A stretch of DNA of 64,000 nt from Phaeosaccion multiseriatum (GCA_965112735.1 OZ218951.1:1364001-1428000); one strand, 5' to 3'; positions 37,621 through 48,024 are shown, numbered from the stretch's first letter. Notes: generated by a model not told the origin, from the sequence alone. Numbers and translations: made by a program.

Positions 37621-38565
37621 ACGGGTAACGGCCCCCCAGGCTCGTGGGTGTACATGGAGGGGCATTTTACGCAGATGGCGTGGAGCCCTCCAGTGTGAGC
37701 ACAGCAGGCGCGCTGCCGTCGTCCCTCTTCGCACGATGGGGATAGCATTTTTAGACGGAAAGTGGTGCGAGTGAATGAGTGACTGACTGACTGACTGACT
37801 GAGTGAGTGAGTGACTGAGTAGTCTGAGTGGGTAATGGAAGAGTAGGTTCGACTGAGGGAGTGAGAGGGAGGGAACGAGTGAGCGAGTGGGTGAGCGAGC
37901 GAGAGTGCGAGTGAATGAGAGTGCGTGAGTGAGTGGGTGAGTGAGAGGGAGGGAGTTAGCTAGCGGGTGAGTGAGTGAGTGAGTTGAGTGCCGTGATGAT
38001 GAAGTTAAGGGGGGGGGGGGGAGATGGAAGGCCCTGAGGATGGCGAAAGAGCGGAGCGCAGATGGGGTTACTGGAAGGGCAGAGGTAGCTAGTGAGAGGA
38101 CGTCGGCGAACAGGGGGCAGCAGCGGCCGAAGCAGCTGCTGCTACAACACTGGGAGGAAGTGGGCGTCGAACAAGGGAGCAGGAGCAAGGAAGGAAGGAA
38201 GCAACAAGCAAGCAAGCCCTAGCTAGTGTATGCCAGTCTGACCGTAGTCCCCGAGGGGGATAGGCATAGTTGTTCTACGTGGCTACCTTAAAATTCAGGT
38301 AGTCAGCTGTCTGCTCAGCGATAATAAGAATACATAAGGGTCGGGGAAGATAGGCTGTCGCAGAGGGAGCCTGCATGTCCAACCTGACTGCACCCGCGGT
38401 GTCCACAGCTGCTGGCTGAAGGGGGCTGGTAGCTCAGTGTGTAGAGCGGAAGTCATCTCCGAGCCCGGCCGTGTGAGACAAGCAAGCAGCGTATTCTCGT
38501 GGGAGGAGTGGTAGCCCGAGCGAGGGGGGTGGGCAAGGCTGGGCAACCTTCCCCAAACAACTAGG
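37621..38565 (+). repeat. Direct-repeat copy 1: degenerate copy of kinase segment 47472-47549 fused to a copy of 48025-~48989
   Basis: Near-identical sequence, e.g. gatggcgaaagagcggagcgcagatgggg and ggctaccttaaaattcaggtagtcagctgtctgctcagcga occur in both copies. Confidence 0.95.
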
Positions 38566-39229
38566 ACATCACCGACCAACACAGCTCACTGCCTTTCCCT
38601 TCCAGCAAGCTCTTATATGTATATATAGAAGGGAGGCAAGTGATCACCCTCCCCGAATCGCTCCTCGCCCACTACGCAACCCCACCCACTACTAGTCTAA
38701 TTTACTCCCTCCCTCCACTAATCCAAGCTATACTACTCCCTCCCTTGACTAATCCAAGCCCGTCTCTTGCCTCACGATAGGTCCAAGCAAGCCTTTCCTT
38801 TGGCTCATGGTAGAGTCCCCGCCGCTCCTTCGCTGATTCCGCCCCCCGCCCCCCACCTGGTCCCACGCTCTGCCCACCGACCCAATCTCAGATCAAGACA
38901 ATCACCAGAAGCGCTCCAACTTGCGGTGCCGCCGCTGCTGCTGTATCACCAACTGCTGCTGGGCAACGGCCCGCTGTGCCGCTGTGCTTGTGCCCCGTCT
39001 GTCGCCGCTGTCACTGGCGCTGCAGACCCTCTTGTTGGTGGTGTTGGTGATCCTCCCTGTTGCTTGGTCAGGAAATGTGGCACCCCTCTTCGTTCGTGGG
39101 GTGGTCGTCATGAGCAGCAGGCGGTGGGGTTGGCGGTGCCTGTCTTATGTCGTACTAGAGGTGCGCGAGGCGGGGGGGCGGTGCCGTGTCAAAGAAGCTC
39201 GCGCAACTGGCAAGAGCGAGCGAGGCGCC

Positions 39230-41831
39230 TCACACACCCTAAAGGCTGCACAAGCCATAGACGGTACAGAACAGAGTACAGGCAACCACTACTGCCCACC
39301 ACCGCCATTCATTTCCAAGTAATGTCTAAAGCTTCCTTACATTGTTGGATGGGCGGCTGCCCCCGGCACTGCCCCCCCCCTGCCTCGTGTGAAGGTTGGG
39401 TGGTACCCGCGGGGCCTGTCCCGCAGCGTCGTGGGAGAAGGTGCACGCGTCCCCTTTCGTGCATCCTCCGGCACGCTTATCATATTCACAAGCAAGCAAG
39501 GGGCATGAGCGAGTGGCTCTTTGCATCAGTAGCTGCTCAGGCAGGTGTGACGGGGCGACAGGGTCAGTCCACGTGCAGGGCAGAAAGGATTACTTCGCAC
39601 CAAGAGGGGGAAATGATGAGCAGACACTTACTTTATAGAAATAGCAGGCCCGGGCTCCTCCGACCCTCCTCTCCGGCGACCCTGCCGCAGAGCCGCCTCC
39701 GAATCCTCCAGGAGACTTTCTCTCCGGCGAGCCTGCAGTAGAGCCGCCTCTGGATCCAGGAGACTCCCCATCCCCTCCTGCCGAGGCCTGAGACGGCCTC
39801 CTCGGCCTGCCCCCTCCAGCAGATTGGGGCTCTTCTTCCACCAAGGATTGCTCGGAGGATCGCCTTCCCACTCCTCGCCCACCTCCCCCCCGTCCTCCTC
39901 GTCCTTCTCCTCCTCGTCCTGCTCCTCGTCCTCGCCCTCCTCCTCCTGCTCCTCGTCCTCCTCCTGCTGCTCCTCCTCCTCCTCCTCCTCCTCCTCCTCC
40001 TCCTCCTCCTCCTCCTCCTCCTCCTCCTCCTCCTCCTCCTCCTCCTCCTCCTCCTCCTCCTCCTCCTCCTCCTCCTCCTCCTCCTCCTCCTCCTCCTCCT
40101 CCTCCTCCTCCTCCTCCTCCTCCTCCTCCTCCTCCTCCTCCTCCTCCTCCTCCTCCTCCTCCTCCTCCTCCTCCTCCTCCTCCTCCTCCTCCTCCTCCTC
40201 CTCCTCCTCCTCCTCCTCCTCCTCCTCCTCCTCCTCCTCGCCCCCCCGGCGGGATGATGAACTCCGACTTGTACTCGTCCAAATAGTAGGTGTGGAAGTT
40301 GGGCTCTTCTCGGTCCCTCATGTCCTTGTAATATCTGTTCATTGGCCCCTTCCACGACCACACTTCAACACTCCAGCCCCGCTTCAGCGCGTCCTCGATG
40401 GTCTGTCTGAAGGAGCCCTGTTTACACATAAGCAGGCGTGCAGACACGCGGAAGTGAGTGGGATGGTAGGCGTGCAGAGGGAAGCGATGAGCTACTTCAA
40501 GAATACTGAGGAGCGAGGGGCGGTGGAGGTGAGGGGGGGCAAGAGACTCCTGCCGCCATTTCAAGACAGACGCCCAAGTCATCCCCGTTCCAAGTGGGAC
40601 CACGTACCCAGTCGCCGTCCCCTGTGTTGCCATCCCCGGTGAGTATGGCCATGACGTGGCCTTTGTCCGCCGTGTCGAACTTGTCAAAGTCCGTCCGCGC
40701 AGCTCCCCAGATCTTGCTATCGATGCCCAACTTGTGTTCCCCCCCACCGCTCGACCTCACGACAAAGTGAGTCTTGTAGCCTGCCTCGCCCCATGCCTGG
40801 TCCAACATGGTCTTCTGCCCCTCCGTGCCGCAGGAGCCTGCCACCATCAGCCCCCGCCCCCCAGTCGGACGGTCTCTGCCGTTGGCGACTCGTTCGGTGA
40901 GCGCCTTGGCGTCGATTTTCACACCGTGTCCAAACTGATGTGTCATCGGAACGTAAATGTTGCTGTAGTCCACGTAAATGTGAACCTCATTCTTCCAGCG
41001 CTTCTTCCGCATCTCTTCAAAGTACTCATCTAAGAAGGTGTCCTCGTCGATAATGATGCTTTCAATGAAGCTGACCGCAATGTCCACCGCGTCTTTTGAT
41101 TTGCCCTCAATCCGGAGGTTTACCATCGGCCTTCGCTCCTGCCCCTCTACCACCACTGGTCCTCCGAATGAAAAGAGTACATCCAATTCCCGCTCCTTCC
41201 GGCGCCTATTCTGACCGGCGGTACCATTCGCTTTCCTTCCCCCTTCGAATCGTTCCCGATAGCTCTTAGGAAAAGGCATGTCTCTTACCACGGGTACACC
41301 AGAAGGGCGCGGGGAAGGTGGAATGGCGGGCGGTTCTTGGGCTCGGCTCAGCTGCAGTGCTTCCTCCATGCCCCGCGCCTCCTCCTGCTGGTGCCTCTCC
41401 TCGGCCGCGGCCTCGTCCGCGAGGCTCAAGCGCAATGCTTGCTCCACCACCCGCGCCTCCTCCTGCTGCCTCTCCGCGGCCGCGACCTCGTCCGCAAGGC
41501 GGAGCTGCAACACCCGCGCCTCCTCCTGCCGGTGCGTCCTCGCGGCCGCGGCTTCGCCCGCAAGGCTCAACTGCAGTGCTTCCTCCACCACCCGCGCCTC
41601 CTCCTCCTCGTCCCTCCCCGCCGCGGCGGGCATGCCGTCCGCAAGGCTCCGCTGCAATGCTTGGTCCACCTCCCGCGCCTCCTCCTGCTCGTCCCTCTCC
41701 GCCGCCGCGGGGATCTCATCCGCCAGGCTCAAATGTATAGCACGCTCCAGCTGTGCTTCCTCGTCCAGGATCCTGCTGAGGCAACGTACCCCAGCCGCCC
41801 GAGCCGCGTGTGCTTGCGCATCTTCAGCCAT
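39230..41831 (-). CDS. UIM-repeat / KH / NYN (LabA-DUF88 PIN-like) ribonuclease / poly-Gly-RGG / CCCH zinc-finger protein; exons 41831-40608, 40417-39632, 39475-39341, possibly 39238-39230
   Basis: Five to six EEAR..EEAL.LSL UIMs; KH-like segment ending LRIEGKSKDAVDIAVSFIESII; VHIYVDYSNI, GIDSKI, AILTGDGN..W|GSFRQTIEDALKRGWSVEVWSW; spliced CYFYK|RAGGCTKGDACTFSH (C-x8-C-x5-C-x3-H). All junctions are in frame. Confidence 0.8.
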
Positions 41832-42290
41832 GGTCGTGCAAATGCACTTCGCTACAAATAATAGCCGTAGTGAGTTTCTCCATACGGGGAAATCGCTGCA
41901 ATCCCATTGTTACGGACCAGAACAAAGACCTCCAGGAGGCGGAACAAACGGATGAAACTGTGAATCCAGCCGGGGGGAGGAGGGGGGAGGGGAGAGGGAC
42001 TTTTTATTTATTTTAGGAGGGCCGAGTTGGCGCCCGGCCCCACTCTTCCCCTTTCCGCTCCAACTGAACCACTGCCACATCACCTCCATCCGCTTCTTCA
42101 CAAATTTCCCTTTTCCTGCTGTATACGACCTGCAGGTCTCTGCATCCGTCCCGTCCTCCTCTCCTGCACCTGACGAATCCGCCCGCGGATTACAGTTACA
42201 GAATTTGTTGCTTCGGGAGAACATCTTTCCTACAACAAGAGGATTCACAAGAGAGAAGCCGCCCCCGCCGCCGCCGCAGGAGATTGGACA

Positions 42291-42872
42291 ATGCCCTCTT
42301 GTCCAAGAGAAAACGAATGCATCACACCCGTCTGCAGCCGGAGCCACTCTTTGGGGCAGCTCTGTGAGACGCCAAACGCCTGCCGCAGCCAGACATGGTG
42401 CACGCGTCGCCACCCCGGTGCTCTTTGGTACAAGGAGGGGGACAATGTCCTTTACTGCGCAGGCCTCGGGCACACACCCCACCTTGCAACCGTGATTGTA
42501 ATCCCTCCAATCTCTACAAGGAGAGACGACACGCGCGATGCAGTGCGCTTCATCATCGAGCTCAAGACGAGCAATAATGAAATAATGAACGTGGCCCTCA
42601 GCAACCTCGAGACACCAGGACAAGCTCAATCTGGGGGGGGGGGGCGAGGAATATATGCGCCGCAATCCAGCAGTGCCGCCCGGAGATCCGGCGGACGGCG
42701 CCCGGGCACTCCAGGAGGAGGAGGAGGAGGAGGAGGAGGAGGAGGAGGAGGAGGAGGAGGAGGAGGAGGGGGGCCCTCAAACCCTCCAGCAGGACAGAGA
42801 CCTCCTCAGGTAACAACGAGACAAACGGATTATTATTTTGTAGTCGTCGTTGCTCATGCTGGTCGCTACTAA
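42291..42872 (+). CDS. Small ORF with two CCCH-type (Nab2-like) zinc knuckles, a beta-rich SH3/Tudor-like segment and a Gly tail; may be partial
   Basis: CPRENECITPVCSRSH and CETPNACRSQTWCTRRH, then YKEGDNVLY..ATVIVI..RFIIEL..MNVALSNL. Confidence 0.5.
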   Translation: MPSCPRENECITPVCSRSHSLGQLCETPNACRSQTWCTRRHPGALWYKEGDNVLYCAGLGHTPHLATVIVIPPISTRRDDTRDAVRFIIELKTSNNEIMNVALSNLETPGQAQSGGGGRGIYAPQSSSAARRSGGRRPGTPGGGGGGGGGGGGGGGGGGGGPSNPPAGQRPPQVTTRQTDYYFVVVVAHAGRY

Positions 42873-42896
42873 GCTTTCGCTCCAGCAGCACTCCAA

Positions 42897-42930
42897 GGCC
42901 GCACCGATAAAATATTTCGGAAAGCGTCGC
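42897..42930 (-). repeat. 34-bp perfect inverted repeat, arm A
   Basis: ggccgcaccgataaaatatttcggaaagcgtcgc is the exact reverse complement of 44635-44668. Confidence 0.95.
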
Positions 42931-43299
42931 CGCCCGCGGCGGAATTTTTTTGGCCGCCGATAAACCGTAGAAGGCGAAAAAACCGTAGAAAGGCCTCCGA
43001 GTGCGCTGAGAGAGGGCCTTAGGTCGTGTACAGTGTGAGCAGAGAAGAAAGCACACCTCCCCGACTCTAAAAATCGATAAAAACAAGGTTCACGAGTAAT
43101 CAATTCGAATTTCAATTTGGGAGGGGCAGGGGGAGAACCTTTTTTTGTCTCAGGCATCGGCTCCAGACTGGCCTAGAAGCCTATGCTCTAGGCCCTAGGC
43201 CGAGCGGCCTACGCCCGCTCTAGGCCGGCCATTTTTTCTCCCTAGGCCGGCGGTTCTAGGCCGAGGCCTCGACCTATCTGATTAGTAATTACGGCCGGC

Positions 43300-44450
43300 G
43301 GGAGGGAGGGAGGGAGGGAGGGAGGGAGGGAGGGAGGGAGGGAGGGAGGGAGGGAGGGAGAGAGGGAGGGAGGGAGGGAGGGAGGGAGGGAGGGAGGGAG
43401 GGAGGGAGGGAGGGAGGGAGGGAGGGAGGGAGGGAGGGAGGGAGGGAGGGAGGGAGGGAGGGAGGGAGGGAGGGAGGGAGGGAGGGAGGGAGGGAGGGAG
43501 GGAGGGAGGGAGGGAGGGAGGGAGGGAGGGAGGGAGGGAGGGAGGGAGGGAGGGAGGGAGGGAGGGAGGGAGGGAGGGAGGGAGGGAGGGAGGGAGGGAG
43601 GGAGGGAGGGAGGGAGGGAGGGAGGGAGGGAGGGAGGGAGGGAGGGAGGGAGGGAGGGAGGGAGGGAGGGAGGGAGGGAGGGAGGGAGGGAGGGAGGGAG
43701 GGAGGGAGGGAGGGAGGGAGGGAGGGAGGGAGGGAGGGAGGGAGGGAGGGAGGGAGGGAGGGAGGGAGGGAGGGAGGGAGGGAGGGAGGGAGGGAGGGAG
43801 GGAGGGAGGGAGGGAGGGAGGGAGGGAGGGAGGGAGGGAGGGAGGGAGGGAGGGAGGGAGGGAGGGAGGGAGGGAGGGAGGGAGGGAGGGAGGGAGGGAG
43901 GGAGGGAGGGAGGGAGGGAGGGAGGGAGGGAGGGAGGGAGGGAGGGAGGGAGGGAGGGAGGGAGGGAGGGAGGGAGGGAGGGAGGGAGGGAGGGAGGGAG
44001 GGAGGGAGGGAGGGAGGGAGGGAGGGAGGGAGGGAGGGAGGGAGGGAGGGAGGGAGGGAGGGAGGGAGGGAGGGAGGGAGGGAGGGAGGGAGGGAGGGAG
44101 GGAGGGAGGGAGGGAGGGAGGGAGGGAGGGAGGGAGGGAGGGAGGGAGGGAGGGAGGGAGGGAGGGAGGGAGGGAGGGAGGGAGGGAGGGAGGGAGGGAG
44201 GGAGGGAGGGAGGGAGGGAGGGAGGGAGGGAGGGAGGGAGGGAGGGAGGGAGGGAGGGAGGGAGGGAGGGAGGGAGGGAGGGAGGGAGGGAGGGAGGGAG
44301 GGAGGGAGGGAGGGAGGGAGGGAGGGAGGGAGGGAGGGAGGGAGGGAGGGAGGGAGGGAGGGAGGGAGGGAGGGAGGGAGGGAGGGAGGGAGGGAGGGAG
44401 GGAGGGAGGGAGGGGGGAGGGAGGGAGGGAGGGAGGGAGGGAGGGAGGGA
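43300..44450. repeat. (GGGA)n microsatellite, ~1.15 kb
   Basis: Nearly uninterrupted tetranucleotide run. Confidence 0.98.
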
Positions 44451-44634
44451 AGGTGATTTGGGCGCTGTGCTGTGGGCTGTTTGGACCTAATTTGGGCTAA
44501 TGTTAGCATAATAGAGGCCTACACACACTCATACTACAAGAGGGACACTCATTGGGGGGTGTACAGGGCTGTCTACGGTTTATTTTTGCCCCGACCGTTT
44601 TTTCCGCCCGCCCGCGGCAGATTTTTCCAAATGT

Positions 44635-44668
44635 GCGACGCTTTCCGAAATATTTTATCGGTGCGGCC
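44635..44668 (+). repeat. 34-bp perfect inverted repeat, arm B, ~70 bp upstream of the DnaJ-kinase ATG
   Basis: gcgacgctttccgaaatattttatcggtgcggcc. Confidence 0.95.
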
Positions 44669-44741
44669 CAATGTATGCCTGACCATCAGCCCTCATCTCC
44701 CTCTCGTCAACCTCCTGCTCCTTCATCGCTACCCGCCCCTC

Positions 44742-46712
44742 ATGCCAGGCCAGAGGAACGGGGGGGCACGGCCGAGGGAGGGGTGAAAGAAGGACGGGAG
44801 GAGAAGCCGGGGCAGACAGGGAAATTGCGTATGATGTAAGTGCCACCTGTGCTGGGCCCACCCTTTCGGCAGTACGACCCTGACCATACCACACACCTTG
44901 AACACGACGCAACAGGTACCTCTGAAGGACCTAATGCTAGGGACGCATGGATCTCTCAACTACGTTCGCCAGTTGGTGTGCCAAACATGCGACGGGGACG
45001 AGTTTCGCCGCCCAATTTGTGAGAGTTCTGACTGAGGCCGGTGGAAACAACACTCCGCATCTTAGTGCAGAAGAGCTGGGCGCATGGAAAGATTATCAAA
45101 TTCACAGGAAAGGGCGACGTGCAACCCGGTGAGCGCGCTGCTCTGGCACGGCTGTAGAAAGTACCACAGGAGCGACGAATCAATCGGTCACGTCAATGCG
45201 CTGCCCGTAGTGGCGACCTGATGCACACACACGTGAATGCACGCACACCACACCTACTCTTAATGCATGATCAGGGTTTTCTACTCCCGGCGATCTGTTG
45301 GTGCGGCTCAACCAGCAGCCACATCCGCGCTTCACCCGCGGCTCGCCCTCGACCGGCTCGCCTGACTCGTCCACCCTCACCATGGCGCTGGACGTGACCG
45401 AACAGCAGATTCAGAGCGGCTGCAATCTGACCTACGAGCACCTCGACGGAGGCATGCGGCAGCTCCACATCCGACCGGGGCAGGTAAGTCCGTGGAGGTG
45501 TTGGCGGCGCCCGTGGGGGGGAAGGAGGTCAGTGGAGAGTGTTGTATGTCGATGCCCTCTGTGATCTAGGATCCACCCCGGTGGGCACGCGAACGTCTGA
45601 CGCATCTCAGGAGCTCCGGCGCCCCCTTCAGAGTCTGGTTGTGTAAGGATAGAGCGGCGAGCAGGCTTGCTCACGGGTTGTAAATAGTCACTAGGACTAC
45701 TAGACAGGTGTGCGTTACTGGTAGCTATGTGTATTTGTACAGTGTCAGTAGTCTTAGTGAACTATTTACAACCCGTGAGCAAGCCTGCTCGCCGCTCTAT
45801 CCTTACACAACCAGACTCTTGAAGACTCTGAAGGGGGCGACGGAGCTCCTGAGATGCGTCAGACGCTCGCGTGCCCACCGGGGTGGAACCTAGATCACAG
45901 ATGGCATCGACAGACAACAAGAGTCCCGGCAGCAGAGCTGGGGCCGATCGTAGTTGCGTAGCTTCGGGGAACCCCTCATGTTCCCTTCAACTTGCTCATG
46001 GGCCTTGTTTCATGCAATACACTCCCCGGCCGGCTGCCCCACCTCCTCAGGTAACGGGCGAGGGCTACACCATGACCGTTCCCGAGGAAGGCATGCCCAA
46101 GGTGCAAGGCAGGGACCCCCTCCGTGGCGACTTGGTCATCCGCTTCAGGCAAGTCCCGTCAGCAGCAGCAGCGGCACGAGCACCACCCAGTGGCGCACCC
46201 ACTCCCACCGCATTTGATGATTTGCTGAGAGCCGGCGAGGCGAGAGTGATGGAAGCAGGGGGACGACAGAGCCGCGGTGAGCGAGGAGCCCTGCGGGCAG
46301 CGCTGAGGAGTGTATATGGTGAACTGGAGCTGCTTGGACAGCAACTCGGCGGTCAACTCGAAAGGCTGCGCGGCGAGGCGCGAGTGATGCGGGCCGGGCT
46401 GCAAGAGAAGGATGGTCAGCTCGAGGCGCTTCGTGCCGCGCAGCAAGAGAGAGTGCAGGAGCTGGAGGCTCTAAGAGCAGCACAGCGAGAGAGTGCTGGG
46501 GAGATGGAGGCATTGAAAGGCACGGTGCGAGACATCACTGGCCAGCTTGAGGCTTCGAGTGCCGCGCAGCGTCAGAAAGAGGGTGAGGCGCGAGTGATGC
46601 GGGCCGGGCTGCAAGAGAAGGATGATCAGCTCCAGGCACTGCGTTCCGCGCAGCAAGAGAGAGTGCGGGACTGGAGGCTCTAAGAGCGGCACAGCGAGAG
46701 AGTGCTGGGGAG
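44742..46712 (+). pseudogene. Frameshifted 5' portion of the kinase gene: DnaJ/Hsp40 zinc-finger and C-terminal substrate-binding domain, then coiled coil (exons 44742-44835, 44916-45128, 45275-45483, 46051-)
   Basis: VPLKDLMLG..YVRQLVCQTCDG, ILVQKSWAHGKIIKFTGKGDVQP|GFSTPGDLLVRLNQQPHPRFTR, EHLDG, EEGMP..RGDLVIRF. Frame breaks near 44760, 45030 and 46670. Confidence 0.7.
45540..45919. mobile_element. 380-bp foldback MITE (TGTTG...CAACA) with 4-bp TSD AGAG, in an intron; Ginger-like termini
   Basis: Arms of ~165 bp are near-perfect reverse complements; AGAG at 45536-45539 and 45920-45923. Confidence 0.85.
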
Positions 46713-46750
46713 ATGGAGGCTTTGCGAGGCACGGTGAGAGACTTGCGCGC
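46375..46750 (+). repeat. 210-bp (70-codon) tandem duplication within the coiled-coil coding region
   Basis: gaggcgcgagtgatgcgggccgggctgcaagagaaggatg at 46375 and 46585. Confidence 0.9.
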
Positions 46751-48017
46751 AGCACAGAGAGAAAGGGACGTCGAGTCGACAGCACTGAGGGCAAGACTGC
46801 GTGAACGAGAAAGAGACATGCCCGCCGGGCGTGCAGAGGGGCTGCCGCCACCACCCCCGTATCAAGAGAGGCAACCGACGGTGCGCCTCTTCACCCTTTC
46901 ACAGATGGAGGCGTGTGTCGACTTTGCGGACATGGATCTTGTGCTGGGCAGGGGGGGCTTCGGGGGGGTGTATCGAGGACGTGGCGTGGCCTTGGGACTG
47001 GGGGGCGCGCAGGAGGTGGCCGTGAAGAAGCTCGATGGGGACAGCACGCAGACTCTGGCCAACTTCCGGAAGGAGGTGCGGGTGTTGAGCGAATGCAGGC
47101 ATGAGAACCTCCTGCCGCTGCTGGGCATTTCCCTCGATCCGGAAATCTGCCTGGTGTACCCACTCATGAGCGGGGGCAGCTTGGAGGCGTATTACCCAAC
47201 GGGCACCTCGCGAGCGCCACTGCCCGCTCGGAGGCGCTTGTGTATAGCACTCGGCGTTGCCAAAGCCCTGATGTACCTGCACACCGACATGGGCTCCAAG
47301 CCCAGCATCATTCACCGGGACGTCAAGCCCCACAACATCCTGTTGGAGGAGGTGGTGGAGGAGGAGGGGGCTGAGGGGGGCGAGAGGGGTGGCGGAGGCG
47401 TGCCCGCCTGCCTGGGAGTCCGTCTGGGTGACGTGGGCATTGCCCGGGTCACTGATTCGGCGATGACGAGGACGGGTAACGGCCCCCAAGGCTCGGGGGT
47501 GTACATGGACGGGCATTACGCAGATGGCGCGGAGCCCCAGTGTGAGCACGATGTGTACTCCCTGGGCGTGGTGATGCTGGAGCTCGTCATGGGCAAACTT
47601 GCGCGCAGGGAAAATCTGAACCACGACGCCAAGGAGCAGCTGCTCTCGGACGACGGTTTGACGAGGGTGGCGGATACAGCCATCTCCTGGACGGGGAAGG
47701 CCAAAGAGGTGCTCGCACAACAGGCACACGCTTGCCTGCAGCGCAGTCTGCAAGCCAGGCCGGTACTGAGCGAGCTTGTTCGCACCCTGGCCGCCGCATT
47801 CGAGGTGCCTCGGCCGGCTCGGATGCGCGAGTGTAATGTATGCTATAAGGACCTCTCGGGGGACAGCCAAGAAGCTCGCTTCTTGCCGTGCTTCCATTCC
47901 TGCACGTGCGAGACCTGCGGGCTGGCGCTGAAGGACCTCGAGAAACCCTGTCTCCTCTGTAGGGCGACCATCGAAAGCGTGGAGATAGGACACTTCGGAG
48001 TAACCAACGCAAGATGA
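46713..48017 (+). CDS. IRAK/Pelle/RLCK-like protein kinase with a C-terminal C3HC4 RING; intronless ORF
   Basis: RLFTLSQME, LGRGGFGGVYRG, VAVKKL, FRKEVRVLSECRHENLLPLLG, LVYPLMSGGSL, IALGVAKALMYLH, IIHRDVKPHNILL, DVG, DVYSLGVVMLELVMG; RING CNVC...LPCFHSCTCETC...CLLCR. Confidence 0.9.
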   Translation: MEALRGTVRDLRAAQRERDVESTALRARLRERERDMPAGRAEGLPPPPPYQERQPTVRLFTLSQMEACVDFADMDLVLGRGGFGGVYRGRGVALGLGGAQEVAVKKLDGDSTQTLANFRKEVRVLSECRHENLLPLLGISLDPEICLVYPLMSGGSLEAYYPTGTSRAPLPARRRLCIALGVAKALMYLHTDMGSKPSIIHRDVKPHNILLEEVVEEEGAEGGERGGGGVPACLGVRLGDVGIARVTDSAMTRTGNGPQGSGVYMDGHYADGAEPQCEHDVYSLGVVMLELVMGKLARRENLNHDAKEQLLSDDGLTRVADTAISWTGKAKEVLAQQAHACLQRSLQARPVLSELVRTLAAAFEVPRPARMRECNVCYKDLSGDSQEARFLPCFHSCTCETCGLALKDLEKPCLLCRATIESVEIGHFGVTNAR

Positions 48018-48024
48018 TAAGAGT

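Noticed and set aside
38421-38470. Functional tRNA gene
   Set aside because: No anticodon arm or TTCG loop; too short.
40497-40747. Apparent frameshift between the two NYN ORFs
   Set aside because: Resolved by a GT-AG intron at 40607-40418 that keeps frame.
43289-44509. 406-aa (PPSL)n ORF
   Set aside because: Translation of the (GGGA)n microsatellite.
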